Origin: Raillietiella orientalis
Lineage: Eukaryota
Assembly: GCA_036172245.1 (NCBI GenBank)
Contig: JAYWIR010000003.1
Span: forward strand, 806,001-870,000
Length of the DNA stretch: 64,000 nucleotides
Direction of reading: 5' to 3'
The notes beneath the pieces were generated by a model. That model did not search any database. It was given only the letters and a program-made list of their open reading frames with translations, and had not been told where the DNA came from. Position 1 is the first letter of the stretch, and the number at the start of each line of letters is the position of its first letter. Shown piece after piece: positions 1-13,075 of this stretch. The position numbers were made by a program, and so were the translations under genes.

Positions 1-1087
1 ATTTTGTCCTCTGCATTTCCCAGCTTCAGTCACAGAGTTACAAGTTTTGCTTCAGAAAATTCAATACGCAGTTTTTTTTTTTTTTTTTTTCCCTTTCCAA
101 AACATGCTCTGTCAAGTATTCTCAGTTTATTAACTTCAGTTTTTCACTTAGATACATTTTTTCTTCTTTCTGTTACTTTTGTTTGTAAATGCTTGATTTC
201 TCATAATCACTTCAAATATCCCACATCGCTAATAATGCTACTAACAATTCTAATAACTGATTACAATGCGAACCTATAATTAATAGATTGGCATGAAGGA
301 TAACGTACTTTATAGATACTTCTCAAATTATTTAATCTTATAATAAGACAGTTTAGACATATAATGATCTGTTTAGTTTGTGGAAAATTAAATGCTGGTG
401 GTGAAAAAAAGGAATTCTTTCTTCGTAAACTCTCAGTTAATAACTGCATATTCACCACAGGAGTTCCCTTTATTTCCTTCAAATATAACGAAGACATTGT
501 ATCAAAGGGAGTTTGAAACCATTTCCTCCTTAGATCCACTGATCCAATTTTTTTGAACTTTCATTTTCGAGGCATTGTTCCAAAGAGATTTTTGCTGTTT
601 TAAATATGATATCAGAAGTGTATTCAACAGAAAGTGCAGTAAGTTCTGTCATCTTGGTTGCACCATCAAATATTGCCATCCCTATGAATATAATCATTTT
701 TCAAAATATTTTGATTGAATGTAAATAGATTCCAATTCATACTTAGAGAAAACTATAGAGAATTCCAGATGAAACGAAATTTTGAAAGTAGAGATGCAAG
801 GCTGTATTTTGATTTGTGGTTTGAAATTCTTTATTGTGTCCGAACTTTCTGAAAGTATACGATACTGTAAATGACGCTGACTTTGAAGGTGGTAACCGTG
901 ATGCTCTGACACTCATTTAGAATGGTCTGCAAACGATTAAGCAGGTGCTTGCCCAATATTTGCATTATCGAAAATTGAGTGAGGAAAAAGTTCCATTGGA
1001 GCACCCTTGGTCAAGTTGGTTGTGCCTAGGTGAAAGAGCAAAAGTTTCTGTAATCACCGCGTAACGTTTCCAAATTCTTGTTTCAAG

Positions 1088-1827
1088 ATGTCTACCCAGT
1101 GGAATGGCTCTGAATTATTGGGTGTACCTATGAGCGGGAAACACCATAAGAGTGCCAATTTGTGCTTGAAAAATCAAGGTTTAATAGACATAAGTAATGT
1201 GTTTTCATCGCATAAAGGAAAAGCGAACAATGTGACAAATAAAGCGCCTACGAGCCAATTGATGTCGGCAAATTTAGAAAGTAAACCTTCCTCGAAAAAT
1301 GCAGACTATCCCGAGCCAGAGTTTTTTACAGAAGAATATAATTCCTTTGATGGTAAGCATCTGTTTGAAATTACTGTGTATAGCTTTGAAATACTTAAAT
1401 CCAAATTTTGGTAATTACTGTTATTTGCTGTCAATCATGAATGTTGATATGTAAGCAAGATTAAGCAGGTTTCCTTACATCTGTTTGTAGACTACTTTGA
1501 AAATGTAATACCAGAGAAATATCGTTTTTCGAAAAAAGATTTACTACAATTGACAAATTTCTGGAGGTTACGAAAGCCTGTTGACACTGATGATGATTTG
1601 GAGCAAATAGGAGTACAGCAGATTCCAATCTCTCTTGAAGGTGACAATCTTATTTGTATCATTAAAACAGATTCTGTAATGTTTAGAGTATGATTCATTT
1701 GAATGACTTGTGTACTCTGGAATAATGCTAGTGTTTAACGCATGATTTTGTATTTACTTTAGTTCTTGCCATGCCTGTCCATGATGATGATATAAGTGTT
1801 CTTGAGCCCTTGATAGGAACAAGATGA
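1088..1827 (+). CDS. Candidate securin (PTTG-like separase inhibitor), 3 coding exons, 159 aa
   Basis: Exons 1088-1352, 1491-1640, 1763-1827 join through GT-AG introns in matching phase 1 to give 480 nt ending in TGA. The protein has a D-box-like tail (QGLIDISN), NADYPEPEFF (human securin DDAYPEIEKFF) and a C-terminus LEVLAMPVHDDDI (human LDVELPPVCCDIDI). An acceptor (tttcaag) directly precedes the ATG, so an upstream exon may exist. The gene model is firmer than the identity. Confidence 0.6.
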
Positions 1828-4800
1828 TGGATGGACACCACTTTAGTCATGGGGTCTTTCCGGATGCTTTCTGGAAAGTTTGTGACAATCTTGATACGTC
1901 ATACTTGTTCAAATGTACTAGTCTCTTTGAGATTTACTGTGAAAATTAATGGAAACAAGTGTTCTCATCCAGTAAGATGCTCTGTAGATTGGTGAACTTT
2001 GTCATAAGCCAGCAAACAAATGGGAATACACACATTAATAGAAAAATTGAAATTGTAGCTGTGATTACACATTAGTATAATGTCAATACCTCAAGAAACA
2101 TTAGCACTTATACTGCATTATTGAGTTTGTTCTTGTTTATTTAGTAAAATGAATAATTGGGATTCTTCTATTCCAAACTCCAAAGTTTGATTAACCAGTT
2201 TTATTACGAACTTGATCTTTAGTTTTTTTACTTTTTATCAGGATATGATCTTGAATATTCATGTGAAGTAGTCCATGTATTTACAATGGGAATCAAGCAA
2301 CGTTAAAATACAGAAAATAGAAACTTGAAGGGTAAGAGTATTAATAATATTGCAGTAGAAGTGAGTGTATCTTTATAACAGGACAGTAGTTGTTTTGTTT
2401 TTTGTTCTTGTGAAAGTGGAGGGCCAACCACTGGAAATAGTACTACAGATCTAGCATGTTTTTCCCTGCTGCCTTGCTATAGCGGAGCAGCAAAGAAATA
2501 ATCAATGTGTCTATTCAAATTTTTTTTTTTTTTTTTGGGAGGGGGGGGGGGAAGGGGCAGTGGGGGTGGAGGGGAGAGAGGAGGAGAATTTTTTCCACGC
2601 TCTTTGTGAAAATAAGCGCACAATTCAAGCAAGAAGAAGCAACAGTGTGGTATTCTTCCTTTTAGTTCATCTGTTTTTCATCCAGTTGCCATCTGCATAG
2701 GTTTGAATTTTAGTTGAACTGCTTGGCAGCATTAACCACTGTCCAACCCACTGTGGTAAACATATGCCAACATATGGAAACCCTTTTTTGTTTTGTTTGT
2801 TCAGATATTTTTTTTGGACGAGCTTCCCCCTTTTTGATTTTTTAATAGTGTGCCTTCAAAGTAATATGTCTTGACTGGGGAGGCAAACAGTGTGTTTCAT
2901 AGTGTGAACTCTTTGAAACCAATTCAAACTCGGCCTATCAGGTGCACAAAATCAATCTTTTTAACAGCTGAGTTGCAACAAGACATCGAGGCATACATTG
3001 TGTTGAATGTTTGAGTGATGCGTGGTACCAAAACTCGAGGTTATTTTGGATGCGTTGCGTCTCCATTTTTGCACTATACGCAACTGTTCAACGAAAGCTT
3101 CCGATTAGCAATTCAATTGCGTCCCATCACCACGCAACAAGGAACTCATCATGTCATACATGTAGGGTCATATGCTACCAGGAGAATATTATGTACATGC
3201 AAGGAATCGCAATTCACAAGTTAGGATTTATGTATAATAATTAACCATGTTCAGCCATTAACCTCACAATAATTGACCATACCCATATGGTTCATAAAGT
3301 TAAAAAGCCAGTTGCTGAACTTTTCATGCAGGCATCCAACAGAAAAACGATGAGGGGTTAAAATAACAAAGTACGCCACCGTGGAGTTGATGGGAAATTT
3401 CCAATTCGTACCGCATCATTTTTTTCCCTCCCTCTCCTCCCCTTCGCCCCCAACGACAGCTTCTCTGTGTGCTTAACTTCCATAATTTGTATTACGGCAA
3501 GTTGATAGTACGAAGTTACATTTCTCAAGCTGAACCATGCGGCTGTTGTAAACGGCATGGGGAGCGCCTGCATGTCTGACACTCGGAAGTCGTAGTTTTC
3601 CTCTGCCTCTCGGAAGATGTTGGTATGGATTTCCCACGCCACCGCTTGCACTTCTTGAGTAACTTGGGTCACCGGTCATTTCCTTTTTTCGAAGTTACCC
3701 GGAATGGCTGATCACTGATATGGGAGGAAGCCTTCCTCGTGTTTCTCAACAGGACTCGCTCTCGACAAATCGCTTAGCCTTTCCTTTTTTCAAATGAGTG
3801 CATGGGGTTTTACAATTTCAGAGGTTGCAATCGGCATGACACAACTTTCAACAGATGGGATCCGTTCTGCCTGAATTTTCGTTTTCCATTGGAGTCGAGA
3901 TTGAGCCGGTGATTCCGATCCTGAGCTTTGCACCCAACAGTTGCACTGAGGACATCGGTTGTTTCACAGTCCCGAAGGAAACCGGGAGAAACCTCGTCCA
4001 CCTTCCAAGTTGCTTGCATCCGCAGAATGGTTTTTTCCCTACTGAGGTCCTCAAACCCTTGCCAAACGGGACATGTTGAGAGTGAGGTTTCCACCCAGCT
4101 GCAAGACCTGCAGGTTGCTTCCGTCTGCGGTCCGCAGCAGGTTCCGCGGGGGTCAGTCCATCCATGCCTGCCTTTTCCGTGCCTTTCGAAATGCAAACAG
4201 ATTAACTTCCAGGGTAACAAAACCGTATGAACCAGGGACTTTGTTCTGGAAATTACCTCCAACTTTTCTCATAAATGCAGCCGTTGCTGTTTTTGCAAAT
4301 TTTTGCTTCCAGCTGTCTGCTAGCTGGAAAACTGAATTCACATGCTTCTTGAATCAGATCCACTCACTGGGAAAACTGAGCAGATGCTGACAAATCGCGC
4401 AAGCAACAAAATGGACACTTTGGTCTCCTCCAAGTCGACTGCAGCTCTGCGCGCTGTCGGGCTGCCATCACAAACTTCCCTCTACCGTGGTATTTCAGCT
4501 CAAGAGAGACTTTGCAAAATGATCAAATAAGGAAACTTCTTGAATTAAAAAAAATTCCTGTCATCCAGAAAGTTGAAAATCTGGAGCTGATTCTCCGTTG
4601 CACCAATGAGCCGAAAGGTACTCAGCTCCGACATATAGTAGGTGGATGAAAAGAGATTTTGGTACGCGGAACAGTGGCCATCACCGATCATTAAGAAGTG
4701 AAGGTGGAATACGCCATGTTTCAGACCGTCAAAGATGTGTGAGTAGTTCATGAGATCATGTCCGCGTTGACTCTGAGGAGCGCTGCTGCTGCGTCGAGAT

Positions 4801-7800
4801 CCACGTTTACATGCCTGTCTTCACAACAGGATGCCATAGACAAACTCTTCAATAGGATATACATCATTACACATAATGCTGTAAACGCAGTCATGACCTC
4901 TGATGGAAATAAACCAAACTGCGAAGAGTAGTTTGACGTCACCTTTCGTGGGGTGCGGATGAATGCTACTTACATAGAAAAGGCAGTAGAATGAAATGAT
5001 GGCTCTGAGCATGCTCAAAAGATTGACTCTGCATCACGATATCGTCAAGAGCGTCGTAAGAATGCGCCACCATTTCAATGCCTTGATGCAGTTGGGAAGG
5101 AGAAGCTTCCCAGGAGCTCCTATAAAACATTTTCGGTGAGGAACAAGAAGCTGCTACTGAGAAGGCCCAAACGAGGGATGAAGCGTCCTTGCTCGCTCAC
5201 TTTACAAGGGAGTCAGCAGACAGCAGCTGTACCATTTTCCGACCGAGCCCTTACAAAGCCGATTTGTGGCAAGTGGACCCTGCAATAGAAACTGTTGTTT
5301 GCTCTTCATCAATTTCATCGCGCACAGAATACACGAAAATTTCCGTGCACCCATGAGTCTGCACATCACGACGTGATCGCGCATCTTTCTCAAGAGGAGA
5401 GAGCGTTTTCTCCTAACAGAGCACGGCAGATTGCGTTTGTGATGACTCGAAGAGAGAAGTGTGCATTTGAAGAGCCGTATAAGGATCTGTACCTTCAATG
5501 AAGATTTATGGCAGAAAACACCAAAGAGTATTCTCTGAACAATCCAGTATGATATCCCTCAAATGGAATGGAAGGATTCTGTTCTGGATTCACAGTGAAG
5601 CAGGGAATCTTCCACACGAGTCGACGAGTTGATTTCATTTAAAGTTGGGAAATCCTCAGAGTGATCCTCGTTATTTCTCTATTTCGTGGAGACATGACAG
5701 CAGGTCATCAGTATCTGTTCCTTCACACAGAAGTACGGCGGATTTCCCAACGATTGTGACACTGAAGAGGATTTCTGTGCCAAGGGGCGAGATGCAGAAC
5801 TCACAATATCCATCTCTGCATCTGCATGCTTTTCGAAAGCTTACAAATGAATTCGGAGACGCTTAAGCCGCAGCACACTTGAGGAGTAATGTCTTAGAGT
5901 TGGGAGGAATTCGTTGAATTATCTTTCTTATCATCTTTTTTATCCCTTGATGCTTCTTCCCATGATAACATTCCGGCATCAATGATGGCTTCTTCCTCGT
6001 TCTGGTATTAAGATGAATAGGTGTCAAATCAACACTGCATATTCCTGGATGAGTGTTAATTATTGTTCAGTAATTAGGGTTACAGTAGTTCCTTAGATTA
6101 GTCAACAGATTAGAAGACCGAGCAAAGCAGCGAGAAGGTTTATTTATTTATTTTTTTTTCTTTTCAAGAAGAATCATGCAATACATTAAATATCAGCTTG
6201 GAGTTTTCTGTAGAGCCCCAATGCTAAAGCTCTCACACTTTTCCCTGGTGATAATGCAACAGCCTCTTACCTCGGTGCTCTCAAGAAGAAAAGTCTGCAA
6301 CTTTCTGATGACAAGAATGGGTTTTGTGAACGTCTTTCAGCTGCTTCGCTTTCGTGTTTTCTTGAATTCTTCTATGCTGCTATTGGTTACGAACCGCCTC
6401 CATTTTCCTAAGCAGAGCGAAATTCTCAGGATCACTATCCAGTTTCCGTTACATCACTCTCCTCTTATCGTTATTCTAGAGTGAGCTCTCACGAATAATA
6501 AAAACATCGCACACACGTTTTTAGCTCCTTGTGTTTCGAAATCGTGAACGCTATTTTCTCGAAGTACAATACAGTTCCCATGAAAAACTGCTTTGAGCCT
6601 TCCAGTCTCGATATCACACAGGATTTCCGGGAAGTTTACTAGGTTCTTTCCTTCCAGCCTTCATTTTGCCTCCAGACACGTGCAAGTTCGTCGAAGTATT
6701 CAGATTTAGTCACGATCCTCCGCAGAATCTCAAGTAGCCATTTCTCTTTACGGTATTGTGGTGGTGTTCTCTTCCTGGGAGAGTTCCTTTTGTTACATTT
6801 ATGATTTATTGTGTTTTATTGTATTATTAAGCCAACGTCGTCATTGCTATCGTTAGCCTTAATTCAATACGAGTATTGCGTTTATTAGCAGCAACTTGCC
6901 TTTGTGCAGAAACCAAAAACGCTGTGCCTCCTAATTTATTTTTCATTCTTTTCCTCTCTCTTGTTTTTCGTTCTTTCTTGCCTTTTTCCCCCTTCTTTTC
7001 CTTGTAGAGAAAGTGGGTTCAGTTTGCTGTTAGGTACAAACTGTTTGTCGGGTTGTATTTGCAGAGAAAAGTTGATCCAGCGATTGAACATCTACGTTAT
7101 AGCTGTCTTCTGTCGGAAAAGCAATAAAAAATCAACCAAGTAGCATTTGGCTCATAAGATCAAATTATCGGGACGGTCTACTTGGAACGTACGCATTACT
7201 TCCGGGAATTCATTCGGGGCACCGAAATCCCCTGCAATGTTGCGTTGCTTCCCATCAGCGTTCCCCGGCACGGGTGAAGCAGCACGACATGATCGAACCA
7301 ACTGCCGTGTGCCATGCCAAAATTCCGGTGCAGCTGCTCCAGCGTCCTCATCTGAAGAACAGTCTCCATTACGGAAGGTAAATGAAACCAACCGTGATTT
7401 CTGCAGTTCATGGGCACTTGCTCGCGTCCTCTGCCTCGCCTCCTGCAAATAGGTGGTCAGGGAGGTACTTGCGCCCTAAAGATACATAGATATGCAGATG
7501 CCAGGTGGATTGTGCAAGGTGGATATGTCGAACATGCAAGTTTCTTGCCGGCGTTATTGATTCCGCGCTCCCTCATGAATCTGCGCTGCAACGAATCGTG
7601 TGACTGATTTTTCGTTCGGGGGGAAAGCTGCTGCTTCGAGGAAAGGGAAGGCTCCCTGGACAGTTTCCGACGATTCCGTTCTGGCCATTCGACGATTTCG
7701 ACGATTCCCTACGAACGCTCGCGCTTCGCTTTTTCACAGGGAGGAGAATTTTCTCTGGAAAACAAGCGAGACGTGCGCATTCCGCGGACGGTTTTTCGGG

Positions 7801-8185
7801 AAGATGGCTAGCAATGGAAGAGCTTCAGATACTGAGCCGGTTTCCGGCAATGAGCAAAAAAATTTCCTGCTCAACAAAGCGGACCAAAAAGATTCGGGAT
7901 GACACGAAGGGTTGAAATCCATTAAGATGTGATACACACACACACAAGACCTTATCACAGAATCACGGACGAAGCTTTTGGTTTATGCGGAGGTGCTTGG
8001 AGGCTTCAGAATCTCGAGACAGTGGCAGTCTCTGCTGCTGGCAGCAATGTGTGCAGGGCCAAAAACATCCAACAAATACGGCAGCTGTTAACTGGTACAA
8101 CCAAGGCAGACATGTACACGCATGCCAACGTTCAGCCATCCTCTGACTATCGTGTGCCAAAGTCAAACCTCACGCGGAGGCAGAG

Positions 8186-9720
8186 GTGGCAAGCGAATTG
8201 ACCAGCTCGCTTCAGGGCGTTCGACTAGAAGAATCCGTTGCGCTCCTGGAGTACACCGACGATTTCCTCCTCGTCATCATGACCGACGAGGACTGGAAGA
8301 CGTTTTTATCCATCGCTGAACTAGTGGAATCCGGACTGTGGCTGATAGTCGACCCTGTACAAGTCCAAACTGCTCACTGAGAAAATCCCAGGGGTGGCTA
8401 CCCTGGAATTCAACGGATTCGAGGAAAGCTGACAGCATCGCATGCCCAGGTGTGCACATTGGAGACGACACGTGTCCGAGCCAACATGGAGGTGAAACCA
8501 TGAAAAAGATACTGAGGAAAAGCGACTAGGCACCGCAGTTTCGCACTCAAGAAGGGCCGAACGCTTCCGACGGGGTGTCGGCACCCAACTTCTTGTTCGG
8601 TTGCGGCCTTCTATCATGTACCCGGGAAGGATGCCAAGCAACTGTCATGCTTCCATAGGAGGGGTCTCTGAGTACCTTCGGTGGAAGGAGGGAAAGCCAC
8701 GTGCAAAACTGAGATTCTTGCGTCTTGCGCAGACGGAAGTGACACTGGAGTGCGCGGATCACCTAAGCCACCAGGTTCCAAGAGGATATAACGATGACCG
8801 GAGGACTCTCTGTACGCGCTCCACCGAGCCTACTTGAGGCAGGGATGGCGTGGCGACAGAGTCCTAACCGGAAAAACTCTACGGTCGGACTAAGTGGACA
8901 CGAGAAGGCCGAGAAAACGGCCTCGTCGGTAAAGCCTCGTGGGGCTGAAAGTGGTAGCCCAAAGCACAGAAATCCGGGACAAGGTGCTAGCCATGGTAAT
9001 GACATCCTTCGTAGATGCCCCACTACGGGAATGGTTCCAAGGAAGCCTTCGTATTACAGCCAGAGAGCGCGAAAAGAGCGGCAATGTCCCTGAGACGCTA
9101 AGGTTCCGATGTATAAACCCGGATGCAGGGATGGATATCTTGCAAGTCTCGGAGACGTGGCGGGACCGAAGCTTGGAATAGAGTAAGTTAGCTTCAGAAC
9201 CCTGGAGGGCCACGTAGATCACAACATCAATAAGTTCTGGAATCAACGGGGGACAGGTTTAGAAGAGCGTTCCTTAATCCATTCGCGACTGGGACCACCA
9301 CCTGGAGAGCTGCCTCTGGAGGTCCAAGGAGACCTTCCAATGCTTCAACACGGAGGGATCCTATGAGTCACGCCGATATGCCGCTGGATAGGCAGCACCC
9401 AAGGCGAGACAGTGTCCAGTCCGCGGTGCCACCGAAAACAGGTTCCATCTCCACATCTGCCGAAGCTTTGTCCTCGACTGGGGGGTTCCAGGGCAAGCGA
9501 CCAGCCTCCAGGGAGGCATGAATCCAGAAACTCTCATAGAACGACTATAAATACGTCGCAAAGTGCAACTCTGAGTACGGGCTGCTACCTCTCCCCTCAT
9601 CCCAAGCATCCTCATGGATGGATGGAGGGAGTCCAAAACTTCGGAGGACTGTATCAACGTCATCCAGGAACATCCTGATGGGACCGTCGACAGTCCTCAA
9701 GTGCAAAGATCTCTAGAGTC
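8186..9720 (+). mobile_element. Decayed L1/Tx1-like non-LTR retrotransposon, 3' half of ORF2
   Basis: Colinear frameshifted motifs: LQGVRL..LLEYTDDFLLV (YADD motif, ~8250-8280), ESGLWL, CPGVHIG (YLG-like), YLRWKEGKPRAKLRFLRL (FIW-GKKPR-like, ~8670) and a C-terminal zinc knuckle CPVRGATENRFHLHIC (~9412-9460). Confidence 0.8.
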
Positions 9721-10053
9721 GAGGAAATCGCTGGAACTCAAGAGTGCCTGTTTTTCCTGCGTGAAGTGCTCTGAAATCGAACGAACCATGGCTCGTGCTT
9801 TTTTCTTCCTTTCTTTCCTTTTCTTTTTTTTTTTTTTACCGTACCGTACTGCTTTTATTACTCGTAAAATCACGTGTTGCCGAACACTTTCCCGCTAAGC
9901 ACTGCAACAGTGGTGTGCACTTTCATGGAGCGTTGCCGGGAATGGGCAGGGCGTGCGATTTATCTCCCCAGCAGACTTCCGTCCTTCGTGGTCGAAGCGA
10001 GTCTCAACAGGACTGAGACAGAGAGACGGTTTTCACGGAGACATATTTCGCAG

Positions 10054-10629
10054 ATCATCCATTCCTGTGCCTCCAAACAGATGGAGAGGAAACCAAGCGG
10101 AACCTCCGGCTTTCCTCTTTCCGGATCTGCGGCTCAGCAAACCTCCATGGCGACGAAAGGGTTGCCCATCGTACTGGGATCGAAGGTGTCCGGCCTCGCG
10201 GGATGGGATGAAGCCGTTTCGTTACCAAAGCAGGTCGGACGAAGACGAACAACGAAAGCAGTTGAAGAACAGGTCCAGAAGACGTGGTTATGCTTTCGCA
10301 AGATCCAGGGATGCCGATCAAACACTCATTTACATCCGTTGCATGCTGAAATCAATCAGCTCGCGGGCAAATTTTCCACTGCAGATTTCCACGGACTCGT
10401 CTCTTTGCTACTTGAAATTCACCGGCTGAAGCATTCACCACCTATTCCACCCCCACCGGCTCCCGTGCTCGACAATGGAACCATGTTCTCCATGGTGGCG
10501 ATGGCACCACGACAGTCGTCAGACCAGAGAAATGTGCCCCTCAGCTTCCGAGGCAACGGAGACGACTTTCATGTAGTTCAGGCACTTGAGGTGGATGAGA
10601 AGAAGAAAAATGGAAGCATCAGAGAGTAA
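10054..10629 (+). CDS. Possible terminal coding exon or orphan ORF of unknown function
   Basis: Acceptor tttcgcag at 10046-10053 is followed by 192 open codons (ATG at 10081), a polyproline tract, and a stop overlapping AATAAA (10629-10634). No recognised domain. Confidence 0.3.
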   Translation: MIHSCASKQMERKPSGTSGFPLSGSAAQQTSMATKGLPIVLGSKVSGLAGWDEAVSLPKQVGRRRTTKAVEEQVQKTWLCFRKIQGCRSNTHLHPLHAEINQLAGKFSTADFHGLVSLLLEIHRLKHSPPIPPPPAPVLDNGTMFSMVAMAPRQSSDQRNVPLSFRGNGDDFHVVQALEVDEKKKNGSIRE

Positions 10630-10656
10630 ATAAATCAGTCAAGGATGGACTGGTAC

Positions 10657-11226
10657 TACGAGGCGCCTTTCAAAAATAAGGGCGGATCGGATAGAAAGGA
10701 AGAACAACTGAGAGAAACAAAAATGCACTGGTGCTCCTAAACACCTACATCCCCTTGTCATGTTTCTACGTGTGCATCATTCTTTTCCAAATACTTTCGA
10801 TACCGTGGAAGATCCTTTTTGAAAGACCCTCTGCATAAAAGTCCGTCGCCTTGGGGTTCAGACAATTCAGCAGCACTGTAGTTTTCAACTCCTCATCTTC
10901 TCCTTCGCAGACAGCATGTGTTGCCAAGGCGCGCGTTGTCGTGAAGGAGAAGAACAATTCCCGATCTCAGCATTCCACGTCGTCGGTTCTGAACGGCACG
11001 CCGCAGTGTTGAAAGTGTTTCTACACAATAGACTTGCGCACAGTAGATGGCTGTTCCAGGCTCCGTGAAGTCCACCAAAAGCACACACACCCTTTCGATC
11101 CCACACACATGCCGTCCTCACATTCCAGACAATTCGAATATTCGAATGGGAACTTTTTGATCTTACCGTTCCGACCTCGTACCCAGTGACCACCACGTCT
11201 TCCTGCACCTCAAGAAGTGGCTCAAG
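10657..11226 (-). mobile_element. Mariner (Tc1/mariner) transposon relic, truncated and internally rearranged
   Basis: The minus strand encodes WDRKG..LLVDFTEPG..LRRAVQNRRRGMLRSGIVLLLHDNAR and DEELKTTV..DFYAEGLSK..NDAHVET*. A terminus TA|CGAGGCGCCTTTCAAAAATAAG at 10657 resembles mariner ITRs. The WELFD..PDLVPSDHHVFLHLKKWL block lies on the plus strand at ~11140-11222. Confidence 0.9.
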
Positions 11227-11889
11227 GATGCGAGGGGAAATTGGGGATGCGGAATTGGGGAAAAGAGGATCGCTCCCTGGGCTCCTGCCACCTGTCTTTT
11301 GGGCGTGGTCTGGGGCAGATGGCCAGCCGGACCGGGTCCGATGACCGTCGAACGGCGGGTGGGCGGAAGCGGCCGGCCGACGGGAGGAGGCGTGCACGGC
11401 TCCTCTCCCGAGTCGCCCCGAGAGGGACGCGCCGGAGCTCGGTCCGATCCCTCCCGAGACGGGATTCTGGGCAGCTGCCGGAGCGTCTCGGGGCTCCAAG
11501 AGTTCGGCTCCGGAGCCGGAAACGGACGCGATGAACCGGAAGCGAACACGCGGAAAATCCGCCTGCCGCCGCGCCCGTCCTCCGAGGTGCCTCCTTTTGT
11601 TCCCGGTGATTCGCGCCGACGAGTCGATTCCTGGTCGGATTTCTCGCGTCGCTCGTCGGAAAGGACCCTCCTCATGGGCGATTTCCTCAGGAAGGGGAGG
11701 GACTGCTCGGCAGGCCTCCCTGGCGACGCGTCTCCGCAGAAGCCGCCGGCCGGGGTCAACCGCTCCCCGACTCGAACGCGCCTTTTTCCCGAGGCGTTCC
11801 AGAGCCAGAGTTCGATAACTTCCAATTAACCGGTTGGGCTCGTTCGCCTGGAGTCGGCGGGAAAGAGACCCGGAAGGGGCCCGTCCCCC

Positions 11890-12700
11890 TTTCTCTTAGA
11901 GATCATCAAAGGGATCATTAGGCTCGCCGAACAAAGGGACCCGGTCTTTTGCAGATCGGGGAGAGGCCCTCGCGGAATACACGGACAGCGAGCTGGGGGG
12001 GGAGGGGGCGTTCCGCATTATTGGGTCACGGTTTCTCACAGATCGGGGAGAGGCGCCCCCTTGCGGAATCCGTGGGCAGCGAGCTGGGAGAAAGCAAAGG
12101 ATGGGGTCGTTCCACATCAGTGGGTCCCGAGGAGCGGGAACTTTAGAGACTGAGACGCTCCGTGAGGTAGCCTGTGCGGCTCGACGACCGGGTTGTTCAG
12201 CCCATCCCGCGACGCGCGCGGGGAGGCCTGGAGGACGTTCCTTCGGGGGATTCCGGGATTCATATCGAACGGGACCGCAGGAGAAAAAGTTCGTCTACGC
12301 CTCGTTCCTTCCTCGGAAGAGGGGGGGAGGGTTCCACAAGGTCGCGTGCTTTACCGGACGCTTCGCTCGGCCGCGGTGCCAGGATGGGAGCCTCTTCCGG
12401 GAGATGGCACCAGGCAAACTGGTGGCCACGACCCTACGGCTGGCGGAGGGTGCCTCAGGGGGATCCCTCGAGCAGTAGGCGCCCTCCGCCTGCTGCTCCA
12501 GGGAGCCGCTGAAGAAAGGAGCCTGTGCCGGGGTCCTTGATCCGGGACCCTTTAGAGAAAGGTGCGGACTCTATCGCGGGCAAGCCCTCCATTCGGGGGA
12601 GATCCCCTAGAGATTCCGCCCGAGGCGTGAGCCGAGCGTATCCTTCCGCGTGCCCTCCGCCTCGAGAGCTCCCACGCCAGTTCCCGTAAAACGGCTCAGG
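11890..12700 (+). mobile_element. Decayed non-LTR retrotransposon RT fragment
   Basis: GFHKVACF (AFDKV-like, ~12330) followed by RRVPQGDPSS (GVPQGDPLS motif, ~12445-12472), with several frameshifts. Confidence 0.6.
11942..12129 (+). repeat. Degenerate two-copy tandem duplication, period about 87 bp
   Basis: CAGATCGGGGAGAGGC starts at 11952 and 12039; each copy continues with GCGGAAT..CAGCGAGCTGGG..CGTTCC.CAT...TGGGTC. Confidence 0.8.
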
Positions 12701-12949
12701 AGGGTTTGGCGCTGGTCGTCGCGCCGACGTGACGGAGGTTCCGTCCCGTCCTCTCCCTTCCCGGAGAGTCCCTCTCCCTCTCCCTTCCTCCCTTCGGCAT
12801 GGGGACGCGGCCGATGACCCCTTCGGGAGGGGACGGCAGAGGGCTTCCGCTTCCGGGAGATCGCCTCCGGGACCGGTCCTGATGACAGACGCGGGGGGTT
12901 GAGAGCTCGGACGGGACTGGGGTCTCCCCCGGCATCTCTCATCTGCGAA

Positions 12950-13075
12950 AGCAGAGCAGTGCAAACCAAGCGGTGATCACTGAACTGCACGGTCGATGGC
13001 TGCACCGTCAAGGCGATTGTTGAATCGGGGATTGGGAGGGGAGAGCAACGCTCAATCCGAGCAAGGGATCAGACA
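12950..13075 (-). mobile_element. APE-type endonuclease C-terminal fragment of a LINE
   Basis: The minus strand reads LARIER (SRIDR-like) and then VQFSDHRLV (SDH motif). Confidence 0.6.

Noticed and set aside
261..965. Possible minus-strand gene head-to-head with the securin-like gene
   Set aside because: Splice-like sites exist, but every joining I tried hit a stop quickly and no peptide was recognisable.
1179..1217. Possible 39-nt in-frame GT-AG intron in the securin-like exon 1
   Set aside because: Weak donor, shorter than other introns here, and it encodes the D-box-like LIDISN, so it is treated as coding.
2520..2587. Poly-T followed by G-runs, a possible G-quadruplex
   Set aside because: Low-complexity homopolymer tracts are common throughout the window and nothing supports a function.
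3358..7450. Exon-like minus-strand pieces (~3.4-3.7, 4.8-5.3 and 7.15-7.45 kb)
   Set aside because: Could not be assembled into a consistent frame or family; a real or decayed gene is not excluded.
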